DNA of 64,000 bases, taken from assembly GCA_043228905.1 (NCBI GenBank), contig JBHGNT010000006.1, positions 2,914,001-2,978,000 of the forward strand. The letters are read 5' to 3'. The stretch is from Azolla caroliniana. Taxonomy: Eukaryota; Plantae; Polypodiophyta. Below, in pieces: positions 14,129 through 26,190 of the stretch (the first letter of the stretch is position 1; each line of letters starts with the position of its first letter). Position numbers and translations under genes: made by a program. The notes beneath the pieces were generated by a model. That model was given only the letters and a program-made list of their open reading frames with translations, ran no database searches and was not told the origin of the DNA.

Positions 14129-16347
14129 TTAGCATCGAGGAAGGTCCAAAGGCGGAGGTGGTAGAGTTTGGCTCACTCCTTTACCATTCTTTACAATGAA
14201 TGCCATTGACATGCCCCACACCGCATGCATATCAAAATGGCAATGCATGAACCACACACCTACACATTTATAACACATTGTAAAGTGGTCAGTGCATCAA
14301 ATCACAAGCATAACAATATTAGATCTAATCACATTATTGTCATTGATGTTTCCCATTTACCAAAACACTCATTTGTCTTCAAAAGTTGCCAAAATACCTC
14401 TATTGTAGTGCTAAATGTATTAGCTTTAACAATTTCTACTACCACATTGAGTCACTTCTCTTGGAACACATAGTTAAGGTGCTCTAGACAATATCCTAAA
14501 ATATCAAGGGGTTTGTTGGTGTTTGTTTGACACCGAGTATTTACCTGGGTTGGTCGTGCGAAAGCGGACAACTGCCCATCCCGCGAATGGCACTGCTACC
14601 GTGTTTCTCGAGGGTGGGTCTAGCAAGTTGAAAGTCGAGGGGTCAGTGTCGGGGTCATACGTCCCAGTGCCAGTTCCCACAATGTAGAAATTTTGACCGT
14701 GGAGATGCATCGGGTGGCTGTCCAACAACGAGGTCGACGTGTCTTGGAACACGATTTGGACGTTCGACCCGAACTCGAGCACCTTCACTTTGGTGGCGTA
14801 AACCGATTCTTGATTGGTCGGGGCAGGTCCCGTGTAGTTGTACACGAAGAGCGGTTCCGAGGGGAAATCGGTATCATAGACACCATTGATGTTGTTGTAA
14901 TAGGCTTGGAGGAGCGAGACGGTGGGGTCCTTGAATGTGACGTTGTTGACCGAGGCCGCGATCCGGTTCCCTGAGAAGTTTTGGTATGAGCACGTGGAGC
15001 AAGGTTGTGTCGCGTAGCTAATGGTGAAGAAAAGATCCTCATCCACGGTTTGCGGGACTTGGTAGTAGTAGAAGCCCCGGGAGAAGGGTTGGCCTCGGAG
15101 GGACTTGGTGAATTGGGACACGTACGAGGTGTCATTGAATTTGGGGAGTGTGGGCATTGGGAGGAAACGCGAGAGATCGGTGCTCGCGCCCGAGTAACGG
15201 AGGATGGCGGTGGCCTTTGTGGTCGGGAATTTGACAACTGATGCGTTGGCCGGCGAGAAGACGGACACCGCGACGAAGTATTGCCCCACTTCCTGGTTGG
15301 CTGTGAGGAGCACATTGGTCGTCTGGCCCGGTGCCAACACGACCGTCTGGGTGACATACGGTTGCGCGCATTCGGCATCGAGTTCCACCACAGTGAGGTT
15401 GTGGTTGGCCACTCCCACAAACATCTGGAAGTTCATGGCCGCGTTGATTATGCGCAGCAGGTATGTCTTCCCAGCCATCACGTTGAACACCGGCGTGTCT
15501 GCGGCCATGATGGGAAGGCACCACGATTAGTCACATTGCCATCAAAATGGGGGCTTGCCTTACTCACAAGCCGTGATGTCTAATTACATGTTATACCCAA
15601 GGAAATTATCAGAGTTTCATTAGTTTCTAGCAGCTGCTTCTATATGTATGTAGTGTGTGTAGTCTTGTAGTGTATGTATGTAGTGTGTAGTGTATGTATG
15701 TACGTATTGTATGTAGTGTGTGTGTGTGTATGTACTGTGTAATGTAGTGTATGTATGTATGTATGTAGTGTGTAGTGTGCAGTGTGTAGTGTCTGTATGT
15801 ATGTAGTGTGTGTATGTATGTACCATCAATGGAACAGGGGTATAGAGCACCCGGTTGCCCGTTGATCGTGATGGCATCAGACAAGTTGTTCGCCCCGCCC
15901 TCGGTCAATGCCTGTGCGAGCACGTCTTCTACATTGCTGTTCCACCATTCCCCTAGGAGTGAAAAAAATTAGGTTAGGGTGTATGTATGATTAGCACCTC
16001 ATAATAGAGGATTAACAACATGAAAAGGTGCATCGAAAAATTTACCATTGTCACAGTATTTCTTTTACCTATGAGGAGGGGGATGTCTTCGATGGGAGAT
16101 GCCAAGGGGTAGGGCACATTGATCTTGGGAAGGATGATGAAGGCGCCGTAAACCGTGGCACGCAACCAGGTGATGTGCGCATGGTAGAAGAGCGTACCAC
16201 GTTGGTCGACTATACGGAACTTGTGGACATACGAATTGCCGTACTTGATGGGACATTGCGTAATGTATGCCGGCCCGTCCGCCCATGCTGACAACAATTG
16301 CCGAACACCATGCCTACAAATAAAAACAAGATACACCATCATGGATC

Positions 16348-16379
<32 letters not shown>

Positions 16380-16920
16380 AGACCCGTATATGCAAAAATT
16401 AGTGTCATAAGATCGAAATGCCCAAAAGTTTCATAAAATCAAAATGCCCGATCGAAAGCCCATTGATCAAATCATTGCAAAAAATAATAATAACTAAGAT
16501 TTGTATATATGATTCATTGCAAAACTGATTGTATTTTTATTTTTTTTACCAGTGCATGGTGACATTGTAATGGACAAGGTTTGTGACATTGACAATGACA
16601 GTGTCACCTTCGCGGACATAGACGGTCGGCCCCGGGAATTGCCCATTGATGGACACCAACGATTTCGTGTGGCAAAGGCGTGTGACACTCGCATACTCCA
16701 CCTACTCGATCAGTTCGATAAAAAGCATCAATGATTAATGGCTGGTGATGATTCGTTAGCTAATGAAGAGATTAAAGGCAGGGAGATGCCTACTTACATT
16801 CCAATGCAGATGTAGGGTCTCCGATGGAGTGAAGGATGCGGCGTGACAGAATAGAACGATGAGGAGGGAGATTAAGGAGTGAGTGGGCCTTATGCGGACA
16901 TCATCAATGAGCTTTGCCAT
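14129..16920 (-). CDS. LAC: Laccase (multicopper oxidase), copy A; exons 16798-16920, 16550-16701, 16069-16313, 15824-15952, 14545-15498, 14129-14259
   Basis: All four Cu-binding motifs are present: HW|[32 protein letters not shown]. All introns are GT-AG. Exon sizes 152/245/129/131 nt are typical of plant laccases. Spliced CDS is 1734 nt and in frame, with a hydrophobic N-terminal signal peptide and a [11 protein letters not shown]-terminus. Confidence 0.95.
15640..15822. repeat. Degenerate TGTA/TAGTG microsatellite in laccase A intron 4 (orthologous tract at 34765-34995)
   Basis: Directly visible in both paralogs. Confidence 0.9.
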
Positions 16921-17005
16921 ACTAATCACTTCCCTAATCACAGTTACTTAATTAGATCACCTAATTAATTCTTCTTGGTGCTCTTGTTTACATTGGTTCG
17001 AGGGG

Positions 17006-17011
17006 TTTATA
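17006..17011 (-). promoter_or_regulatory. Putative TATA box of laccase A (paralogous site at 36180-36185 in B)
   Basis: CCTTATAAACCCC is conserved in both copies, 80-90 nt upstream of the ATG. Confidence 0.55.
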
Positions 17012-17487
17012 AGGAGCTCCTCCTCCTTCACTTTGAAGTTTGTACCCTGTGGTTTTTCGTCACGTGACACTAATCGACCTCAGGCTCATAAATGTGAAGA
17101 ACCAGTGAATCTAGGTCTTGGACGGCCCTGAACTCGTCTCGGGAATCCCAGACGATCAGGGCCGTCCAATTACAGATAAATAAGAAAACTAAATAAGAAA
17201 AAATGAAAAATGAAAAAAGAAAGAAAGTGAAAGCCTCGAGAAAAGTGAAAAAAAGAAGAAGAGAAAAAGATTAAGATAAGAGAAATTTTTTGGGGGGAAA
17301 TTCAAATTCTCTGTATGAAAGACTGATTCTCTCTATCTCTTTAAATTTTTGGTTGTTATTAGTTTACCCTAGTGGTAAGTTGTTTACACTAATATCACTA
17401 CATCTTGGATTGGGTTCAAAACCCAATTGTCTCACCTCTCTATTATAGTCTTCATATATATATCTCTATTTTACTAGATGCCATTGT

Positions 17488-17555
17488 GGAAAGTAAGGGT
17501 TGAACCCATGACCGCTTGGTTTCCATTGGGCAACCTTACCAATTGAGCTACATCC
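17488..17555 (-). other. tRNA-like (SINE-head or pseudo-tRNA) sequence
   Basis: Minus strand reads GGATGTAGCTCAATTGGTAAG...GGGTTCAACCCTTACTTTCC. A-box and B-box are at tRNA spacing, but the stems are degenerate. Confidence 0.5.
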
Positions 17556-19361
17556 ATCTATGTTCTCTTTCTCTCTTAGACCTTTGTTGATTCTATTTCT
17601 TATGGTGCACATCCTCATCTTCCCCATCCACACTTTAATCATTCTATTACTACAAGCAAGCCTCAATGGAGAAACATATCCATGATGCATATATCCCATG
17701 GTGAATGTAGTTGGATTGGTATTGGTTATGATTGGCATAATGATTGGATCTGTGTCTATTACTATGCTGAGAGATTATAGTATGTTGGCAATGCATCCCA
17801 TATCCAAAGTGGTGTGATACAAATTTGTTAATGATAAGTTACATGGTAGATGTATTGCACAATCTATACATGATCTAGTCCATACATATATTCAAACACA
17901 TACTTTTAGGACATACTTTGTCGGGTGATATGAGCACATATTACATATGCACTCAAAAGCATCCTTCCAGGCTTCACATATATAACACATACATTTAGAA
18001 GACTTAACGGTGCATATTACATAAATCTCCAATGAAACAATACATGATTTAAACAAGAACAGATTGTGTACTTGTCAAACAGATCCTTTCAGGACTTAGA
18101 CAAGACCATAATATATATATCTCATGCAAACAACCATATTATATATATCTCAAAACATAATATACATGTATCTCAAACTATAAACATCACTAGATCTCAA
18201 ATGCATCATTTCAAACAGTAAAACATGACCATATTCTAGAATTCCTAAAAGCCTCATTGTAGAAAATCATACATGACCACATTACACAAATCCCCAATGC
18301 ATCATTGCAGAAAAATATACATGACCACACAACACAAATAATATTCAAAAGTGAAGATACATTTTGAGACACTTAAAGTACAGTTTGCCTTTAACACATA
18401 AAACCATTACATAACACAGAAGATACAATATTCGAGTTTGAGCATTTACAAAAGTTGAAATTGAAGATACAATATTGAGTTTTGAGTATTTACAGAAGTT
18501 GAAACTGAAGATACAATATTCTAGTCAACCTCCCTAGTTGCAAAAAGGCATCAACATCTTCTCATGTCCATGGACCCTTCAAAAGGCACCAAACAAGGTT
18601 AGCATTCAACAATGTACAAATATGAATACAAGAATGAGTAAAAATATGGATTTAGGAATGAGAATCAAACCTAGCAAAACTGAATTACACCAAAGTCTGA
18701 ACAAATATGTTTAAACAACAAATCTATGTAGCAAGAATTCTAACTTTTGAAGCATAAATATTAGTGATAGATACTCCATCGCTATTTGTTATTGTGAACC
18801 ATCATTCTCCCACACCATCTGGGTAATGAAAATCAACAATTGTAGGACTTGTTATGTATGCGCTTTACCCCATCATCAATCAATATATGTTGGGCCTTCA
18901 AAGATTTTCATAGCAATCAAGATATCACCATGATTATGATTTAAGGGCATAAGAGGTAGAACAATGCAATCAACTTCTATTTAAGTCGACATCTTTCATG
19001 CCCCTAAACCCACATAATATTAAGGTTTGATATTAAATATTGAAACCACAAAAATAAAAACAAGAGTAAATAGGCAAACAAAAATTGGTATAAGGGAACA
19101 TAAGTTCATGTTTTACTTAAGCCACTTTAGTATTTTCTCCTAGTGCTCGTTTATCCTATCTATCCTTACCAATTTTCGATTTCCCTTTTTATGTCTCAAT
19201 ATGAATGTTTCAGATATAACTATCTATGTAAGCCTTCTATCTTCAAATTCAAGTTTCCCCTCGGTAATATATGTTAGTCAAAACTTAAATGTTAGTGAAG
19301 ATTGTCTCAAATCATATTTCTGTATCTAGGACAACAAACTAAGAAGTCCAAACTAAGAAAT

Positions 19362-19610
19362 GAGATTGTTGTCATCGTTGTTAGGAGACATATAAAAATG
19401 AAAACAAAGAAGAAACATAAATGATAGAGATGATCACATTGGAGATTGCTGCCATCATTGTTAGGAGACATATGAGGATAGAAATAGAGAAAAAAACTGA
19501 AATGATAGAGATGATGACATTGGAGACTGTTGCCATCATTGTTTGGAGACATATGAGGATAAAAATAGAGAAAAAAGTAGAAATGATGACGTTGGAGATA
19601 GAAAACGAAA
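19362..19610 (+). repeat. ~77-bp tandem repeat, about 3 copies
   Basis: GAGA(T/C)TG(T/C)TG(T/C)CATC..TGTT.GGAGACATAT recurs at ~19362, 19442 and 19523. Confidence 0.8.
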
Positions 19611-20489
19611 AAATCAACAAAAAGGGACACGTCTTTGAGGTGCATTCGTGACTGACTCGATTGTTTTGTTGTGAATGAACGATTTCCAATGAACCTTTCA
19701 AACACTTATACCAAGTCTGATGACAAAGATTTTACGCATTATTGTTGAACCCAAATGTTGGTCTACCGGTCCTTACTTTGCTCTCAATGACAGAAGATGC
19801 GTTTTTTGCTAATTCCAATGTTTGTTGTAAGAACCTAAATACACTACCAAGGCTAACAAGAAAGATTCCACTCATTATCATTCAATCAATGCCCAACTGC
19901 TCCCTTTTATATATTGTAATATGTAAATGCCTCTAACGGGTTCTATTGATTGTAGATCCACAACTTGGTGAGCACTTCTTTAGTAATGATCAACGTCCAA
20001 CACCCCTAACTTGACCACAGTAGAAACATGTCACTTATTGATTGGGCTAGATCAATACAATCAGATTGGACATTGGATACGCAATTTGTGTGTTTAGAGG
20101 ATTTCTTACTCTTGAGGAGATATTTCACATCGCGATGTAGTGTTAATATTTCTCTTATTCACCCTCGTAGATTATAGCCTACATTAATTCACAAACAAGG
20201 GGTATGTCCATCAATTTTCTTAAAATGTTTTCATCATGAATTGTCCTCAAGTAAACACATTGACATGTTTCAATATATATCAGACACATTGATTATGCCT
20301 TCATTAAATGCGTAATAACCTAGTATGACCTTGGTCCCACATACACTCTTGCCTTTATGCTTCCATTCATAGATTGACATATTCGCATTCGTGTGGCCTT
20401 ATGCACGAATGCATACGAATACAAATAGGAATACATGAAAAAGTATTCGTGGGACCTGACCCTAATAATATTGCTATAAATTAAAATTT

Positions 20490-20743
20490 CATAGTATAAA
20501 CCATACGTACCATACGTGTTTCAATCATTCGTGTAAGAAAAACACCCTCAAAGAATGATAAATACCATACTTTTGAATTAACTATTTATTATGAGGTAAA
20601 TAAGCCTAAAAAATAGAAAAAGACAAAAAAAACATTAAATTTTTTTGGGGAAAACACTAAAATGTTTGAATAAAATTCGCATTCTTTTTCCAACGTAGGA
20701 AAACGAATGTTATGCTAGACGATCACAAATTTTACATACTATG
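20490..20743. mobile_element. MITE of the CATAG family
   Basis: CATAGTA..TACTATG termini; an inverted copy lies at 28873-29111. Confidence 0.7.
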
Positions 20744-21084
20744 GTTATAAATTATAATAGATGTAAAACTTAAAAGTATTTGTTTTATTTTTTATAATAA
20801 TAAAAGAAAAAGAAAAAGAAAAATGGTTCGTAAATTCCCCACATTTTACTCTCCCACAAAAAAAAAAAATTTGATATTTTTATGTGACATTAAAAAAGGG
20901 GACCTGACACTAATAGTATATTTTATAATGGATGTTAGAGCACGTGCTAAATAAATCTAGTATATTCAATGAGTTGTGTACCAAATGCGTACCAAATGAG
21001 TTGGATGGAAGTATGATTTGTATAATGTATTTGTAAAATAATATTTACCTATCATTCATTTCTATGAAAATTGTATTTTTAATA

Positions 21085-22510
21085 ACGAAGAGATGCTTCT
21101 ACTTGAGCAAGAGATAGAGGGCCTTGAGTGAATAGTGGTCATATGCCGCGTGATGGGATCACGACCAAATAGAGGGTTGTTGCGAGATATGCTGCAAGCT
21201 AAATTTCATTCACAACTACATGGTAAAAAAGAAGTCCAACCGCTTGGTAAAGGCTTCTATCAAATCATACTAGAAGATAAGGATTTTGCAGTGAACCTCA
21301 TAACACTATCTCCCTGCTAGGTTTGAAACACATGGTTGTTCATGCGTAAATGGACACATGGTTTTAACCTAGAGAAAGCTGCGCAACAGGATGATTCCAT
21401 GAAAAAGGTAACAATGTTGTTTCCAGGATTATCCTTAGAATACAATATGTTACTTCCTACTATTGGAAACTCCTTGGGTATGATGTTGGACGAGGAACTA
21501 ACGCTAGCGAACAGGCTAAAGAAACACCTAGGCCCCCCCTATATTCGCCTCTTGGTGCATGATATCAACAAACTTCCTTCCAAGATCCTCATTCTGGGGA
21601 AAAACGGAATACGGATTGAACAACACATAGAAGTGATCGGCGCACCGGGACAATGTTTTGCATGCAAAAAGCTTGGTCATTTAAAAAAGAACTGCCCCAC
21701 GAGACGCATTAAGGATCCCACCATGGAGACCTTGGAAGGTCGGGACACGTTAGGACATCAAAAACCTCCCCCACCACACCCCGATAAGGCTGTGATGGAA
21801 TGGCGAATGGTGGGGAAATCCCATGTCCTACGTCAAACTCCACAGTCACAAAATCCTCCATCGCTAGTGAGCCCCAATCATTTTGATCTACTACAAGAGC
21901 TCCCCCCACAGATGAGTGTTGGCCGGCAAGGCCAAAGGGCCGGTTAGAGTCTAGAGTGTGAAAGGGGTATTTAATTAGGGATAGGGAGTTATAATTAATA
22001 AGTATTATGTTATTTTGAGAAGCGGGTGAACGGACCCAAAATCGGTATGCTGATTCGGATCCGGACCGGATCGTTGCCGATTGCCGGTTGCCACTAGTTT
22101 GTAACTCAACTGGAGACCTATAAAAGGACCTGACAACAATGTAATTGGGGACGGATAATTAATAGAAGTGCTACTGTTTTACGTATTGTTAGTGTCTATT
22201 TGGTTACCGTCCTGTGCTTAATATAATTAATCTTACGCGTGTGTTACGATCATTAACAGTGTCGGTTAGTAACCAGTTAAGACCCATTTGATACCATAGT
22301 CCATCCATATCTCACCGTACCACCCTTTGGTGAAGTGTTCCATAGGGACACCCTGTGTTAGGGCTTGTCCAGCCTAAATGATAACATGCATCCACATAAG
22401 ATGGAACTATCGCGTCCCTACAGGGATTTGTACATAATCGTCTCACTTGTAAAATTTTATAACTAATGGAAGGAGTCTTTTTTTGGAAAAAAAAGAAAAA
22501 AAGAAAAAAA
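21085..22510 (+). mobile_element. Internally deleted LINE: ORF1 (DUF4283-like plus CCHC knuckle) joined via an LTR-like segment to a LINE 3' tail
   Basis: ORF1 features LGKGFYQI, RKW, CFACKKLGHLKKNC and NHFDLLQE (compare NRFEVLQE at ~39150). 22390-22500 is the reverse complement of the LINE tail at 30350-30450. The whole segment is absent from block B (~37565). Confidence 0.75.
21917..22386 (+). mobile_element. Putative solo LTR nested in the LINE
   Basis: TGTT..AACA termini and a CCTATAAAAGG TATA-like motif at ~22117. It interrupts LINE sequence. No matching TSD was found, and the start could instead be 21957. Confidence 0.45.
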
Positions 22511-22678
22511 GTTTAGACAAAAATCTATAACAATTAAGGCTTAAAAACCTTCAAGTAAAAGTAAACGAAAATGGAAATATTTTGTATAAAGTTGCTACAT
22601 AGTAGGGTACATGTAAATTGGGAGGCATAAAGCCATTGAAGATTGTGAGTGTTTGAAAACTACTTCGATAAAAACGGG

Positions 22679-23929
22679 TAGGGATCGGCAATGGCTCGGC
22701 TCAAGCCTAAACCGTTTAGCTAAACCAGTTTATACTGGTTTAGTGGGCTGCGGCAGGGCTCGGCTTAGGCTTGAGCCTGTATAAACGGTTTGAGCTAGGT
22801 TCGGTTCGGCTTGAGCGCTACCAAACCGGCTCAAACCGTTTTAGCCGATTATTAATTAGGTCATATATGTACGTACTTAAAAGCTAAAAAGATTGAAGTT
22901 ATAGTTAAGTTAAGATAATAGAAGGCTGAAGCAGAGAGTCGACTGTAGAGTGTCCACTGTCGACACAGACATTACAGAGAGCGAGTGAGAGAGAGAGACA
23001 TTACAGTGTACGCCTTCAGACTTCTACGGTCTACCGACGCCATACCGGCCCCCAGGTACATGCTAATATACGTGATGTTGATGCTTTTGTTTGTCACGAA
23101 TCAGAAAATTCAGAATCGTAAATCCATGTATGTGCATCGAAGTGGAAGATGGTCGTGATGAGGGTGTAACTGCAAAATCTTGATGATTACGTATCTGTGT
23201 AACTTTCTAGATGATGACAAGATAAATGCATATGAACGAATTCGCTAATTTCCTTCACATTGGTGTATGCTTTGTATCATATAGCATGAGGAGGTATTGC
23301 TTATCTTTAATCATACATTCATGTCATAGCGTGGATATGGAGTCTATATGGCTTATTGATTTTGGTAATGTATCATGCGGATGAAATGTTGTTACCTTCT
23401 AAAGATGAGGGGATTCTGCAATTGGCATTATGGCATGCTAGTTAATCTATTGATTCAAAAAAAAGTCAGTTTATTCAAGAGATTTATCAAAAATCGTAAC
23501 TGACATTGTTTGATGTGTTAAATTTCGTAGAAGAATAAGAAACATAGCCTCTAATAGAGTCCACCCATTATGTGAGTTGAATGGAGAAGTAGAAGATTGT
23601 CGGTGTACATCACTTCATTAAGATCATTTAGATTCTATGATGCATCATGGTATCCAATTGCATATGATTTCATTGAAGCTTTTCTAATTGACAACCAGTT
23701 GCCATTGAGTTTTGATTAATTTCCATTTGTTGTCACCAATGTCTTCTTTAAAATTGCAGCCTCATTACTCTCCTATGGAATTTTAGTTGATTTTATGAAA
23801 TCATAGTTTGGCCAATAAAAATGGCATGTTGCCTGTAATGCACCATTATAGTTTCTTAACTGGTTTCTCCCGAACTGGTTTAGGCTTATGGAACCGGTTA
23901 AGCCTAAGCCGAACCGTTGCCAATTCCTA
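22679..23929. mobile_element. Non-autonomous hAT-like DNA transposon
   Basis: Imperfect TIRs TAGGGATCGGCAATGGCTCGGC / GCCGAACCGTTGCCAATTCCTA with subterminal AAACCG repeats. Degenerate 8-bp TSD AAAACGGG/AAAACAAG. Empty site in block B at 37741-37748. Confidence 0.85.
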
Positions 23930-25332
23930 AAAACAAGGACATCAATCACACTTTTGTGTAGTATAGCAAGCATGTATATAATATTGTAACATGTTAGACA
24001 TATGATTCATATATCACATCTCTCCCCAATTTCAAATTTAAATGATGTATGTTAAAATGTATAGGATATGGATGAATTTATAAATTATAGAGCTTGTAGG
24101 GCTCCGCTAGAACATAATATTATTAAAACCAATGTCGATTCCAACATTGCATTGAATCTAGTCAGCTATCATTATCAATATCTTGCTACCTCTACATGCT
24201 CCTTTCTTTTATCAACACTTCAAATTTCACATGCACATAGTAAATTTCAGAGAATTAAACATATTGTAGTGCAGCAAGTTATATGCTTTCCTAGCTATGC
24301 AATATCTTGGCAGTAGATTAAGCTCAGTATTAATTATTATGAACTTAGCACAATATCTTGTCTCATTGCTTGGCCCTAAAGTTTTCCCCTTACTATGGAG
24401 GAAATATGAACTAACAAAGTGGCTCTTTGAGATTAACTCTAATCAATGGCATTAGTTCTCTCTATCCACATGATGACACTCTTGGGGCAATTTTAGACCA
24501 TTAAACCTATACATGATCTTCTATTTTACCTCCAACTTGTTAAGGGGGTGTCCCATATTTAGACCAGCCATATTTTGCATTGTGACAAATTTTTTACCTT
24601 AGTTTTTAATAATGGTAAGACAATCAAAAGGATTCCAAATATGCATGTCATGTTTACTATTGTTGGTTTCCATTAACATTAAGACACGTGAGAGTAATGC
24701 AAAATATCTATGACCATTGGATAATCAAATGGATCACATTGCTTTCGACAAAAACAAGACACGTTTTCTGTCTCAAGAAATATTTGTGACTTCAATAAAT
24801 TGTGTGCCATGCAGTTTTAGGATACAAAGATTGGAGTTTGTTTGACATTCAACGGAATGTAATGATTATGAGGATTTGACTTCCAAGACACTTTCCTATG
24901 GGATGACTAAAGGTTCTTATAGGCATTTAGTTCATAATGTTGTTTGGAAGTTTGTCCTTATGATAGACACCCTTAATGATTTTAAGACCCTTGAGACATA
25001 CCAATACATACATTGAAGATATGATACTAGTTGTTTTTGTTTTTTTAGGGGCCAATACATATAAATTTTTTGGTTGGAAATCTTGAAGTGGGGTAAATAC
25101 ACAATATTTTTCAGTGAAATATGACCTATAGGATCCAATGCGAAACATTGTTACAAAGTATATGTGGAATTGAGTCGTGACTCTCAATGTTCAACCAATA
25201 ATTGTTGCAATTGAGAGTGCACATTACGATTATGATATGAATGTGTAGCAAGTGAATCAAATTGACAATGTGTGGAAGCAAACTTGAATATGATTGAATG
25301 CAACACATTGTATCAAAATGTGATAGTTTGAA

Positions 25333-26190
25333 CCATAGAATGAACCATACGTATCATACGTGCATTCGCATTAGAGAATGATTCCATCAAACGTGTATGA
25401 TAAATCATCTCAAAGTTGGATTGGATTGACAAGTTAGATTGGATTGACTATGGCCTATATTATATATTGATTCACTCTCAATCCCAATAAGTGGACTCTA
25501 ATCCATTGTGAACCACCAACATAAGTATGGTTGCAATATTTGCATTGTATCACATACATACTTTGGGATGCTTCTTAAGAATCAACTATCATCCTCACTT
25601 TAGAACTTTACAAAAGAATGAGTATGAACTATAGAGATTGAATCAAAATATGTCATTATAAATTATAATCAAATGTTCAAAAACTCATAAAACGTATATT
25701 CGAGAATATGAAGAAAACATGACATTGGCAATAGTAGCATAACAACTTACCACTAGGGTGAGCTAATTTCTAACAACAAAGAAAGAAAAGAAGAAGAAGA
25801 AAAAGAAATGATTAAAAACTCATAAAACATGTATTCGAGAATATGAAGAAAACATGACATAGGCAGTAGTAGCATAACAACTTACCACTAGGGTGATCTA
25901 ATTTCTAATAACAAAGAAAGAAAGAAAGAAAAAAAACAGGAACATGACACTAACAGAAAATTTTGCCATGGCATAGGCAATAGTAGCATAGTAGCATAAC
26001 AACTTACCACTTGGGTGAGCTAATTTCTAATAACAAAGAAAGAAAAAAGAAGAAGAAAAAGGAACATGACACTAACATAAAATTTTACCATGACACTAAG
26101 AAGAGGATATGAGAAAGTTAGGAATTGAACCCAAGACACAAGTAATAGTAGCATGGCTATGACAACTTGCCACTAGGTTGTGCTTAGTTA
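25333..26190. mobile_element. CATAG-family hAT-derived segment with internal tandem repeats
   Basis: Near-identical to 45222-45765 over its first ~540 bp, followed by repeats of TAGCATAACAACTTACCACTAGGGTGA. Confidence 0.7.

Noticed and set aside
15430-15450. miR397 target site at the IINAA(L)N position of the laccases
   Set aside because: AATCAACGCGGCCATGAACTT has about 8 mismatches to the canonical site CATCAACGCTGCACTCAATGA, including the seed-pairing end. Copy B is similarly diverged.
14693-15583. Antisense and alternate-frame ORFs over the laccase, ANKRD13 and LINE sequences
   Set aside because: Shadow ORFs arising from codon bias, with no recognisable motifs.
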